Assembly: GCA_030390025.1 (NCBI GenBank)
Contig: CM059432.1
Coordinates: 82,276,001-82,340,000, forward strand
Direction of reading: 5' to 3'
DNA: 64,000 nucleotides
DNA from: Squalus acanthias
Lineage: Eukaryota
The translations under genes and the position numbers were made by a program. Numbering within the stretch: the stretch's first letter is position 1; every line of letters starts with the position of its first letter. Under the pieces are notes generated by a model. That model searched no databases and had not been told where the DNA came from. It saw nothing but the letters and a program-made list of their open reading frames with translations. Below, one piece after another: positions 11,289 to 24,079 of the stretch.

Positions 11289-14200
11289 AGAGGAATGCAT
11301 CTTCTTGGTGAGTTTCCAGAAGTTGGTGGCTGGAAAAACAGCTCTAGATTATAAATGTAATATCAGTGTTTCCAACTGTACTCAGATTCAAAGTGGACAG
11401 CATGTTAATCATGACATGCATAAAACATGACTTAAAATGTTTCCTAAGTTTTCTGTTATTTAATTCAAAATGCTCCAATTAAACATGGAATAGTATTTCA
11501 CCACCAATATTATACCATGGGGTTTCCTTTGTTTTATTGACAACATATCAAGTATTTATTGTAAACAGGTTGTTAATGAACATGATGTTTACAGATGTTC
11601 CTGATAACAAAAGGAAGCGATTAAAGGCTTTACAATACTGTCATTATTACTGTCTTTGAAATAAATACATTATCAATAAACCAATTATTTAGAAAACTCA
11701 ATATTGACTAGAGTATATTCCAAAAACAAAAGGATTTAAAACAACCAGTCACTTCCCATTTATTTGTTTATCACAAGCATACCGCATATACATCCAGTAC
11801 AATTGATGCGATTGCTTTTAACATGGTATTGAAAAGCACAAGTCGACTCTTTCAATGTTCCCACCTGTGGAAGGAGGATGTTGCTGCTGGCGGTAGAGGT
11901 ATGTGGTTGGTTAAAAATGCCCACTCCAAAAATTGTATCAGAATTTAATTTACCTGCACTCAATGAACCTTTACTACTTTTATTCATCTTGTTTTTAATC
12001 CAGTGAGTAGCTGAGGCATATAGTGTGTGCTTGGTTAGCTGATTTTAGCCAGGACAGCGGTAAAGGTGCTACAATGCTTTGAGTGAGGGAGGCGAATAGC
12101 CCGCCAGGTTCCAGGTTCTGTTGCTATCCAGCGACCCCTGTTGGAAATGTTAAGTGTGCACATTGGGTCAGGACGGATTGGACTCAACTGAGGAGCCCTG
12201 CTGGTTGAGTAACGTGCCAACATTCCCTGTCAATACTCACACATGAATAATTGGGTGAGGTACCTGAGTGGAACAAGCACCCATTAAATCTCAACAAGGA
12301 GTCACCACCTTCAGGATAGCAGGGCAGGTATAACATCGGCAGAGCAAAATTGGCAAAAACAACCTCATTTATGTTTGTGGAACAAGATGCTATGGAATTG
12401 CTGGCACAGTTAATCCTAGGCATATAACGCAGGCCATGGCTGTAGGCGAAGGACTGCTCTCTATAAAATATTCTAACACATCTTTCTTACTCTCACCCCA
12501 TCTTCCTAAAAATCACAACCACAAAGAGATCCTAATTAAATTTAAGGGAGCCATTTAAAATACAGTATAAAGAAAGACTTGCATATTTGCATATAACTTG
12601 TAGTAATAGTCATCTGAAGTAATAATCACTTGCCTTCAGCAGCCACTTTTTCCTAGTCCCAAGTACCCAATCTTTCAGTTCAGAACCTGACCACGATAGT
12701 AGATTTGCACTTTATTTAGGAATTTATCATACTGTAAACCATCACTCATTCAACCTGGATAAATACACACTAGTGATCAAATGGATTTCTGAGAATTTCA
12801 GATCAGTGACGTTTTACTCTCCACACAGTAAAAATACAGTAGCATTAGAATTTGCTATTTAGTATAATTATGTCATTGTTTTTTGTTTATCTATTTCTTT
12901 GACTTTGAACTACAGTATTTATACAAAAGAGCTGCAGTTGAACATAACATGTAGAATATGCTGTCTGGAGAGAGTGTAATGTGAGATGTCCATGAGTACA
13001 CTGCCCTGAGTGACAGGCTGCACTATGGGTTGAAATACATACACACACACACACACACATCTCTACCCCCATATTCAATTTATCACATTCTTATTTAAAA
13101 TGTTTTTGCACTCAAAAGAACAGTTCAGATTTAGATCATTTAGATGTTGGGACACACAAGAAAGGAAAGAGAGGCGACTGGGACTTTGTAGAAGTGAGAG
13201 CGGAGAGAAACAGTAAAATGTGGGCAAGGTAAAAAAGAATTTTAAAAATATTTATAATAGAAGGGTCATCGGTATTGTAAGACGAGCTGGGAGTATAAGA
13301 GCTGCTACAATTAGCAGTAGGAAGTCTTGGCAATTGGTAAATACATTTTGAGCTCACTTGCTGTCTTTCACTGTACAATTTCAACTGAATTGCCTGCTAC
13401 AGGCCTCCCTAAACTACATCCAACTAACTTCTACAGTACCTACCTATGAGATCTAAAGTGTAGAAATGTGAAAAATATCTCCAACCTTTAGAAACCATAC
13501 CAGTGTGACAGTGTACAATTTAAATACTATTCTACAAGGTACATCAAAGAATTTGAGACAATTTGTATTGGATAAATTACAATCTGTGTAATACTGCACA
13601 AGACCTGTCCAGACAGCTTCCCGTCATAAAGGAAAGCAAACTTAAAAAGTGCATGCAGCTGAAACAGTAGTAAACATGCATGCAATATTGCGCTTCAATA
13701 TTCAAGTATTTCAAAGTTTTCCTGCATCAGTTATGTTGTTCTTATAACAAAAAAGTGAGTTGCAATTATAAAAAAAGAAGTTTGGAAATGTATTACATGT
13801 TCCAACCCAATTGTTTTCTCTGCTTTTAAGTGCAATAAGAGTTCTTATTAAATCCTATTCTATTTGCTCTGTATTCAAGTTAAAAATGATCAAGACATGT
13901 TGATAAGTAACAAAACACAGCAAAGTGGTTAAATCTATTTACCAGTGGACAGTACTTCAAGAGTGACTGTACTGTCCTGAATGAAATAGCTGCAAAGAGG
14001 AGACCAAAAGCAACTTGTATACCAGTTCTTGCAAACGTTGGCATTTGCTTTCAATCCCACTTATGAAAATCAATACATTTCACCTCAGCGTTTGCTTTTG
14101 ATACAGTTGAAAGATATATTGCTGTGCGCACTTTTGATCGGTACCTTGGATATATAACTCTCAGTAATAACTGACTAAAACCACAGTTGATCTTGATCTA

Positions 14201-14300
14201 AGTCTACAAATTGCTATGGCAATATTAGCCGACAAATGCTTAACATGCTCGGATGGCATTCTTCTGTTAGAGATGCTAAACAATTTAAGATAAACACAAT

Positions 14301-15077
14301 GGCCTGGAATTTGCGGTCAGCAGTGAAGCGAAGGCGTTCGCTGCTGGCTCCGAAGTACGCTCCGCACAAGGATCTCGCGATCCCTATGTCGAGGACTTCG
14401 GGTTTTCCGACCTTCAATTCAATTCAACGGGCTGTAGTGGGGATCCCCTTGTTCGAACTGCTGTGACGTCAACAGGCTAAGCAGCCAATCAAAAGGCAGA
14501 ATTCTCACAGACAGCGAACAAGGAAGTGAGTAAGCTCTTAAAATTCTAACTTTTTAAAATAGTTAGAGCAAAAGAAAGATTGGGGCTCTCACATAGGGAA
14601 ATGGCAAACCTGAAATAAAGATGGACAAACTTTTAAAAAAAATTAACTTTTTTTTAAGTTTCTTGAAAAATTTTATTTTTATTAAAATGGACAAATTTCA
14701 CACTGCACAAAATTAAAATGGGTTTTCAAGGGCCTTTACATTTGTTTAGCAGTCAATACACTGTTAAAACCCCAGTTACACCTAATCCCTTTAGGTCTAT
14801 CTTTTAGTGGGGAATGAAACAACGTAATTACTGCAGAAGAGCTGAAATTTTCGTCAATTTCAATGATTTGGCTGATTACACAGATTGCCGGCTCTGTGAG
14901 GGGGTGGGGGGGGGTCACAGTGCAGCCTGTTTTGGAGCTGTCAATGACTGACCACAACTTCGGCATTTCCGCATGTGTCTGCGCATGTGCCAAATCCCGA
15001 AGTTGCGGTCAGTTTCAAAGGCGGACTGATGGCGAACGCTGCCAGTTTGCTGTCATCCAGACCGCAAATTCTGGGCC
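14301..15077. mobile_element. Harbinger-type MITE (family B)
   Basis: TIRs ggcctggaatttgcggtc and gaccgcaaattctgggcc. Internal sequence matches 46952-47640 in the opposite orientation. Confidence 0.75.
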
Positions 15078-15527
15078 GTTAACACCTATGTTAAAATAGT
15101 GGACAACGGGATGTAATTTGCCCATATTAAGTGACATCTGCTAAAATAACCAATGATCATTTCTAGGTCTAGTAATTACCCATTTTTCACCCTGTTACTT
15201 GTAAAACATTAAAATATATTAGTGAATAAAATTCTGATCTCACATTTTTGTGTTTAAAGAAACACTTACTTCATGACAAAATTCATGGCAAATCTTTTTC
15301 TTGTTTGTTTACAAACACATGATGCTACAATGTGATTGTATTAAAATACATCACCGCATTACTCAAGCTGACAAAAAAATTGGCAAATACTTTAAAGAAA
15401 TCAAAAAATGTCATTTAATTTAGCTGGGAAAATACTTCAAACCAATTAATGATCACAGTGGAAATATTCTGGCGAGTTCATCACTGATGTGGCTATGTGG
15501 CCATCCAGTATTTATTCAAGACACATG

Positions 15528-16100
15528 GGGGAAGGAATTGGATCTTGTTGCACCCGTTTTACAGATGGGCACAGCACTGGCCAATTTTAGGGACCAACGT
15601 CTGACCCGGTATTGGGTTGAGCCATTTCAGGCTGCCTGTAAATGAGGGGCCCGACATCTATTTTAGGCTCTCTGTGGGAAATTGGACATCGCAGAGCAGA
15701 GTAGGAGTCAGGCCTCTCTGCTCCGGATTCTTCAGCGACTGCTGACAAATGGTGAGTTTTCAAAAACAGAATTTTAAAAACGTTCCTGTGGAGCTAGAGG
15801 GAGCAGGCATGCCTCCCTCACTCCACAGTATCTTGATTGGCAATTCCCCCATCCCATTGACGCTCCAACCCCCTCCCGGGACTAACCTTTTGGCTGCTGA
15901 CGATGAGGCAAGTGGCCCGAAATTCATCTTTTAAAAATGGGCGAGCTGCCTGTGGAGATGCGACAGATGCCGGCAGCTCACTCAAATAATGAAGCCTGAG
16001 GCCTAATTTTGCGCAGGCCTCGGGTCTCCAGGTTGGGGTGGCGCTATGTGCGTGGCATCCATTTCAGGCCTGAAAATGGGCCTAAAGCAATTTCCACCCC
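15528..16100. mobile_element. Harbinger-type MITE
   Basis: Imperfect TIRs ggggaaggaattg and caatttccacccc. 3-bp TSD ATG on both sides. Confidence 0.6.
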
Positions 16101-16534
16101 ATGGGCTCTGAAAATGCACAGGCTGTAATCCTGGCAGTTATGCTGGCATTGTTCCCACCAGTGACTTCTGGCACTGCCCCCTCCCCACCCCAACAGAGTT
16201 TTCAGGGCAGGGCTAGTTGTTGAGGGGGGGGGGGGGTGGCAGTGGGGGGCGGTACTGCACTTACATGGAGCTAGCGGGTGCTGTGTTTTTTACTTTAGGG
16301 AGCAAACTCTGCCCTACAGCAATGGCTGGGAACTCCAGTGCCTGGCCACTATTGGGATGAGCGTGATACGCAGGCCTGACTTGAGACTGAAGATCTCATG
16401 CATTACCTCCACAGCACCCTGTGTAAGGGGGCCTATCTTAAAAAAATTTTAAGCTCTATCTTTGGGGGGTCCAGGCTCTGTCTCTGACCTGGGCCTCCAC
16501 TTCCGGCCTTCTGGAGACACTGTAGAGACTCCGA

Positions 16535-18701
16535 GGGGGGGATTTTAATCCCCAATAATGGATGGGTTGGGGCCGGTGGGAAGGTAAAAAATGTAAAATT
16601 CTATCAACCGACCCCATCCCGCCCACTTCCAGTTTTAACAGAAGTGAATCGGGGAGCGGGCGACCAATCTGCTCTCAGGTGGCAGGTCGATTACTAAAAT
16701 CTTTTAAGGAGGCTGTGTGCCTCCATTTTAACTCAATTCTTATTACTAATGCATCGAGGCCAGGGTTCCCAGCAGGTAAAACGATACGAGAAGGGTTGGA
16801 TCCGTGAGGTAAGTGCCTTTAGTGCACTGCTTGTGGGCCAGGAGGAGCAGGAGTATGGCCGACCCACTCCCCCTACCACAATGTCCTAACCCTCCCATGA
16901 TATCCGTATTCCCCCCACAATATCTGATTCGCCCCAAACCCCCCGGCAATGTCAGACTTATCACTCCCCGGATGATTTCCAGCCTGACAGGAAAATTCTC
17001 CACCTCCCCCCGCGCCCCCCTCCCCCCCCCACTCTCTTCCCGGCTCCGAGTAAATATCGGGGCCCCAGTGTAGGGAGTTCTCGCTCCTTCTGACATGGCT
17101 GGCCTTGTTAGGGACAGGTGGAGGCTCTTCCCCTTACAGGGCCGACCGGGGTTTCCCGACAAATGTCAGGACCCAGTGTATTTTCCAAGCTGATTCGCCG
17201 AACTTGCAGCGAAAATCTACTGGATCAGCTGAGGGAATTCGGCTCCAGGGTTTCTATTTGTACATAACTAAGTCTCAGTGTCAGGCTGGCATCAATGAGA
17301 CGGATTGCACACATGGGTAAAGCAGAGTACATTAGCTACAGCTTAACAGTCTGCACCCATTTCCATTTAATTCTACAGCTGGCATCCTTCATTTTATTCC
17401 AAACAAAGAAACCAGCTGGTATCCCATAGATCACACAGTATCCACTGATATAAAACACAGAAAGATGCTCAAAATACACAGCAGGTCAGACAGCATCTGA
17501 ATGAGAAAGACAGGTTATTATTTCAGAACTGGTAAAAGCTCACAGTTGAAAAGTTTGTCTATCTTTCCTCTTTACAGATGCTGACAAATCTGCTATCTAT
17601 TTTCAATGTTCCTTGTTTTTATTTCTAGTTGGCAGCATTTACAGTTTTTTTCTTTTTATCTGCAGCACTAAATGTTCTTTTCCCAACCTTTTCTGAATAT
17701 TTCCAGCACTAGGTAGCATAGCAGTCAATGTTCCCCCTAATGTTTTTTGGGGGCTGCGTGGCACATTTAAATGTCTGCGCATGTGCGGGTTTTTGCACTG
17801 GGAAGCCGGCTGACCGGCTGCGCGGGACCTCGAGACGGCCATGCAGCTTAAAGGGATGTTGCTGCACTAATGCTAGGGGCTGGATTTTATCAATGGGGGC
17901 GCGTTGGGGGCGGGACTGCTGGTTGTCAGGTTTTAGTCCCGCCCCCAACGACGTCCGGCCAACCCACACTATTTTCCCTTGATTGACCTTGTTAAGCCCG
18001 CCCTTAGCAGGCCAATTAAGGGAAAGCCGGTGACAGAGGACGTCAGCGTATGACGTTTCATCTGTCAAAAATTTTTGACAGATGAATTGTCATCATTTGA
18101 CAGTTTTGAGAAGCTATCAAACACTGACATTCTGTTTTTTGGTGAGTCCTTGCACTGAAGACTCACCAAACCTCTTTCCTCAGCAGAAAGCAGATGGCTG
18201 TTGCATCGGAGAATGCAGCAGCCATTCTGTCATCTCTGCCGTTGAGATGAGGCACCTCCGGATCCCCAAGGGTTGAAGCCTGCAGGATGAAACAAAGGTA
18301 AGTAAACTTTTTCTAACACTTTGCACTCACCTCTCATACTTACCTCTCCACACTTGCACCCATCACTCACCTCCACAACGCACTTTTCGATCCCTCTCAC
18401 CCCCGCAGACCCAATGCTCGCCTCGCTGACCCTGGCGAGGTTCGCAGCCATCGGGAAGCCCTGCACTTGTGTGGGTAAAATGGGGATAAGCCTGTTAACT
18501 GCCTATTAACTACCTGTTAACAGGCAGTTAAATGGCTGTAATCCCCTTCCCACCTCGAGGAGACGGGTCCCTGCACGAGTCGTGGACCCGCCTCCCGGGA
18601 AGATGGCATGGAGGCGGGTTGGGAGCGGGGTTGATACCCGCTCCCAGTTTCTGCCATTTTCCCAGCAGACCCGCCTCTCCAGGGTTGGCAAAATTCCCCC
18701 C
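16535..18701. mobile_element. Cluster of GC-rich MITE-like elements (about 16535-17065 and 17877-18701) plus a short hAT-like MITE at 17726-17861
   Basis: GGGGxxxATTTT-type ends (ggggggattttaa, gggctggatttt, aaaattccccc). 17726-17861 matches 42264-42403. Confidence 0.5.
17452..17645. mobile_element. Decayed fold-back element derived from the PLE tail (related copies at about 18890-18975 and 23945-24075)
   Basis: Inverted arms such as atgctggaaatactcagcaggtcaggcagcatc and gatgctgcctgatcagctgagtatttccagcatt (23955-24056). They resemble the PLE end acgctggaaaaactcagcaggccaggcaacatc. Confidence 0.55.
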
Positions 18702-19747
18702 TTAGTGTTGGAGATGACAGGGTTTGACTCTCTGAGCATAGGTGCTGCTTCTCAGAACTGGGTTATTCCTGCCACCTCCTACTAGGCTACCAAAGGTGGG
18801 CATTGGTAAGATCTGGAATTTAAGCCTCCTGTCCACCCAATCCGTGGCAAAGACACAAGATCCAGGCACGTCAATGTTACAGATATCGGAATAAAAACAA
18901 AAGATGCTGCAAATATACAGCAGGCCTGTCAAAATCTGATCACTTTTTCTTCAAGTTTCCAGCAATTGCAATTTCCTTGTTTTACCTTTACAAGGCGTCA
19001 TAATTTACTGCTTTGTAAAATGTTTCTCAAGATTTTAAATAATTATGTTAAAAAATGGTCATTTGCACATAATTTATTAGGTCCAAGTCAGAGCCACTGG
19101 GGTAGATTTTCAACTTGCCACCTGAGTATTACACTGGCTGCTCCTTATAGAAACCACCATAGAGGTGACAAACGGGCAGGTTCTATACTGGGTGGCCCAT
19201 CTCAATGGCAGTTTTACGTCCCAAAACCAAGTTAAAAATCTACCCTCATTGGATCTTGTAACAGCTGATAGCTTGAACAAGCAGAGATTTCTAACACATC
19301 ATCTTGAACAGATAAGAATAGCATTTAGTTAAAAAATTATATGGAAGCTTGTCAAAACAAAATTTCTCACCTACATTGATGCTATTTTCATCTCCCTGCT
19401 TGTTCGCCAATTATCTCTGTTTCTTATTCCTCTAAATACAAACTTTAAATTGACTCAGACCATGAGTGCAAATGGTCACTCTATAAGATTAAAAATGATA
19501 CAAGGTATCTGAGAATTCTAATCTCGTTGAGGAATCCAGCCTTCTAGCATGCTGTGGTTGGTACTTTAATCGTTGTTTCTATTGGTCAGTGTATGCCACT
19601 TCTTTAAATTAAAAAGGCACAGGTTTTGTTGTTTACCTGGAGAAACTTCCAAAGGGCGCTTTTGTCAAAGAACTGAACTTCAAAACAGCCATCAGTATTT
19701 GTGTTTGACAATGAAATCCCTAAGACGGTATATATATATGAATTCAC

Positions 19748-20205
19748 CTAAATGTCACCTCTTGTATCATCCAGTGTGTTGTTGGCTGTGTATTTTACTG
19801 CCTCCTGGAGTGTCGCAGGAAATGTCTGTGCTACATGCTGGAGTGGTCCAGACCGCGTTAGGTATTCACTGTGTTCAGCCTTTGTTTGAAAGGTAGGACA
19901 TGATCGAGTCTGTGTATAGTTGTGCTGGGTCCCTGGGTTACTGATCAGCTCACTGACAGTGCTTATGGGTGAGGCTCTCCGTCTCCACCTTTGCAAGTGG
20001 TCTTCTTTATGTTTGATTGAGTACCAGGCTAGAAAGATAAAAATAAAGCCGACAAACTTGAGGCCTGCTGCCAGTCCAAAGTAGACAAATCTGAATGATG
20101 TAATATCGTATTCCCAACAGGAGCCAATAACGCCACATTCCTGTTGCCAAAGCATGCAGGTTGTGTCAATCACAGCCCCGAAGTAGATTGGAGTCGGAAT
20201 GTAAG
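19748..20205 (-). CDS. SLCO5A1: SLCO5A1 last coding exon (to TAG stop)
   Basis: AYIPTPIYFGAVIDTTCMLWQQECGVIGSCWEYDITSFRFVYFGLAAGLKFVGFIFIFLAWYSIK followed by a cytoplasmic tail with STVSE and TRSCP motifs that I recognise from SLCO5A1. Acceptor ttccttacag. Confidence 0.95.
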
Positions 20206-20479
20206 CTGTAAGGAAAATAAAAGCTTATATTTGCATCAAGAAACTCATGTATGTTGTGGAATTTTTTTAAAAATTTGCATAATGCATATATACTTAACTG
20301 ACATTAGAAAAATAGTTGATAACAGAATCACAAGGGAGCTTTCAATCTGTCCTGAGACATTTTGATGGATTTAATTAGACAATAATTATACAATAAAAGC
20401 ACTAAGATTGACCTAACTGTACGTGCACTGCAACAATTAGTATGTTATTCTGAAGGGCAGACTTTCATAAATAATCTGT

Positions 20480-21775
20480 GCATAAGAACATAAGAACATA
20501 AGAAATAGGAGCAGGAGTAGGCCAATCGGCCCCTCGAGCCTGCTCCGCCATTCAATAAGATCATGGCTGATCTGATCCTAACCGCCAATCTACTATCTAT
20601 CACAGAACCATCTCCTGCATCTAACAGAATTGCACACACAAAATAGGAGCAGAATCAGGCTACACAGTCCCTGGGCCCGCTCCACTACCCACAGGGCCAT
20701 GACCGATCCGAACCTAGACTCATGTCCAAATTCCTGCCCGCTCCCCGTAACCCTTAATGCCCTTTACTTCTAGGAAACTGTCTATTTCTGTTTTAAATTT
20801 AATTAATGTTGTAGCTTCTACAGCTTTTTGTGGCAGCATATTCCATGGACCTACCACCCTCTGAGTGAAGTAGTTCCTCCTCATCTCAGTTTTGAAAGAG
20901 CAGCCCCTTATTCTAAGACTATGTCCCCTAGTTCTCGTCTCACCCGTCATCGGGAACATCCTCCCCGCATCCACCCGATCCAACCCCTTCACAATCTTAT
21001 ATGTTTCAATAAGATCGCCTCTCATTCTTCTGAACTCCAATGAGTAGAGTCCCAATCTACCCAACCTCTCCTCATATGACCACCCCCTCATCCCCGGGAT
21101 TAACCGAGTGAACCTTTTTTGCACTGCCTCGAGAGCAAGGATGTCTTTCCTTAAGTAAGGACACCAAAACTGTATGCAGTATTCCAGGTGCGGTCTCACC
21201 AATACCTTGTACAACTGAAGCAATACCTCCCTATTTTTATATTCTATCCCCCTAGCAATGAAAGCCAACATTCCATTTGCCTTCTTAATCACTTGCTGCA
21301 CCTGCATACTATCCTTTTGAGTTTCGTGCACCAGGACCCCCAGATCCCTTTGCACTTCAGTACTCTCCAGTTTCTTGCCATTAAGATAATAAATTGCTCT
21401 AGGATTTTTCCTGCCAAAGTGCATCACCTCACACTTTCCAGTGTTGTATTCCATCTGCCAAATCTCTGCCCACTTACTTAGCCTGTCTATGTCCCCTTGC
21501 AGGTTTTTTATGTCCTCCTCACTCACTACTTTCCCTCCCATCTTAGTATCATCTGCAAATTTTGATATGTTACACTTGGTCCCTTCCTCCAAATCGTTAA
21601 TATAGATTGTAAAGAGTTGGGGACCCAGCACTGACCCCTGTGGAACACCACTAGTTACTGATTGCCAGTCTGAGAATGAACCATTTATCCCAACTCTTTG
21701 CTTTCTGTTAGATAGCCAATCCTCTATCCATGCCAGAATATTACCCCCAATCCCGTGATTTTTTACCTTAAGCAG
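20480..21775 (-). mobile_element. 5'-truncated CR1 LINE with intact RT C-terminal ORF
   Basis: ORF 20720-21823 with GVPQGSVLGP and FADDTK. (TTATGTTC)n tail at 20481-20503. Confidence 0.9.
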
Positions 21776-22865
21776 AAACCAGTAAACTGTAGCTTCACTA
21801 AACTGAAAGGGGCTGAATCGCACTGTTCAGTAATATGGCTGCTGACACTGCTGCTTTCAGTGTCTCAAGACAATTAATAACTTATTTTGTGGAATGCAGT
21901 ATAATCTTTTGCTGTGAAATAACTTAATGACATAATTGTAACTTACTCATTATAATTATAATGTAACTTAGTTTCAGAGGGGTGTCAGATCAGAAGTGGC
22001 CTCATGTGCACATTAGATGCATGTTTTTAAACTTTAAATACAGCCAGACAAAGATATAAAGCAATGTTTCAAAAAAAATGACTGGTACACATTTGTCTAT
22101 AGTCTGGGTGCTGGAACATTCAAAGCTTTGCTTTTTGTGTGTGCAATTTTTAATCTCAGATTAGGAGAAGCAAGTGTAAATTTAACTTTAGGGAGCTGGG
22201 AGCCACATCTAAAATCGTGCTGTAACAGTAATGGAATGTGTCATCAAAGCCTTATAAATAGCAGCAGCCCCAGAAAAACAACTGCTGACTGCTGTGCTCA
22301 AAACAATTCTTCTACAAATTATTCTATAAGAAAAATTACATTCATATAGTGCCTTTATTAAAACATCTCAAAACACTTCACTCAAAGAATTGCTTTTGAA
22401 GTGCAGTGCCTGTGCCAGCAAAGTCTAACAAATAGCAATGGGAAAAATCATTTTTGATGGTATTCGGTGAAGGGAGGAACGTTGGTCACACCCTGTCCTC
22501 TGTTCATCTTCAAATACTGTTGTGGTATCTTTAATACCCTCTTTGGTTTATGTTTCATGTGAAGGACAGCACCTCCCACAAATCAGCAGTCCCTCAGACT
22601 CCATTCACGTCCTGATTGGGGGCTGCAACCACAGTCTTCTGATCCAGAAGCAAGATTACTACCAAATGAGCCAAACTAATATTTATATATGGCTAATAAA
22701 ACCAGTTTAACAACTATCCAGACTTAACATAAAATATATAGCTCTGTTCATGCACCTGTTAACTAACATTGTGCAGAAGTTAAACTTGTACACATTCTTC
22801 AGGAGAAAATAATCAAGATCTGGGACGGGCCACAAGTGTTCTACTAATATTTTAAAAAATTATTA

Positions 22866-23752
22866 GGGGGCTAAATTCGGTTGATTTGCGCCTCCCTAAG
22901 AGGGCGCTAACGAGGCGCAAATCAACTAGCGCCTGGGCGCGGCGCCGCTAACGCCTCCCGCGAAATTCAGCGGGAGGTTAGCGGCGGCGCTAACTGTAAT
23001 ATTGGGTGGCGTCCCCCGACTTACCGGCGGACACTATGTCTGACAGGGTCAGGGGGGGCCTACCTGCGGCCGGGGCAGCGCTAGTTAAAGGGGAGGTGGC
23101 GGGCGGCCATTTTTGTTGCTGGCCGCCTGCCAACACCTGCCTCCGTTGCTGTCCCCGCCCCCCGTGAAGCCCCCCTGCGGGGTGCCGGCTGCTCTCCGTG
23201 AGCCCGGCACTCCTCTTGAGTGCCGGGCTCGTTTGCCGGCACTCTCGATCCCTAGTGGCCCAGCTGGGCGCCGGGACGCGCTGTGCCAGGCCCCTCCCCT
23301 TTAATAAGGGGAGGCAGGCCTGCAGTACTGCGGCACATAGTGCCGCGATATTGGCTCGCAGCGCCCAAGAGGGACACGGGGCGCTTCCAGTAGCGCCCCT
23401 CCTCCCTCTCGGGGCGCTACCTGGGAAAATCGGCCGCGGGGGCATATGGAGGGAGTTATGGGGGAGCCTGGGTGTAGCCCTGCACCTCTGTGCAGTGCTT
23501 GTCAGTGTTTGCAGCACCTCAATGCTGTAGAACACTGACAGCACAACTGTCAAAATCAATTTGCGCATGGTCCCTTTAAGGGACGTCATCTGACCCGCTT
23601 CCTTCAATTGGCCGGCAAACCCGCTGGGTGGGCTTAACAAGCCCAATCAACGTAAAATCATTCTACAGAGCGGGCTGGAGCCAGCAGCGGGGTTGGGACC
23701 CGCCACCGACGTCGCCCGCCACGGACCCGCCGAGGTAGGGGAAATCGCGGCC
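22866..23752. mobile_element. Harbinger-type MITE, about 887 bp, very GC-rich
   Basis: Starts gggggctaaattcgg and ends gaaatcgcggcc, TSD TTA on both sides. Left arm (ttgcgcctccc..aagagggcgctaa..ggcgcaaa..actagcgcc) is shared with the 53480 and 60622 copies. Confidence 0.75.
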
Positions 23753-24079
23753 TTAGTCAGCACCTCTTAAAGGAACACACACACACATCTTTCAGGTAAG
23801 TTTGCATTTAACCTTTTGAACTGGACTTTTTTTATTTTATTGAAGTAGTGGCTTGGTGCAATATATGTTAAAGGTTTTTTAAGTGTGCAGGGAGTGCTGC
23901 TGGACACTTGCAAGGTCTCAGATGGTAAAGGAAGGTCTCTGAGAAGACAGGAAATGCTGGAAATACTCAGCAGGTCAGGCAGCATCCATGGAGAGAGAAA
24001 CAGAGTTCATGTCTCAGGTCCAGATGCTGCCTGATCAGCTGAGTATTTCCAGCATTCTATGCTTTTATTTCAGACTTAC

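Noticed and set aside
12000..12330. Possible conserved ncRNA (similar to about 61640-61830)
   Set aside because: Two diverged dispersed copies point to an old repeat family, and I cannot support an RNA structure or assign a family.
22866..23752. CpG-island promoter or 218-aa gene
   Set aside because: The GC-rich block coincides exactly with a TSD-flanked MITE, and the ORF is low-complexity.
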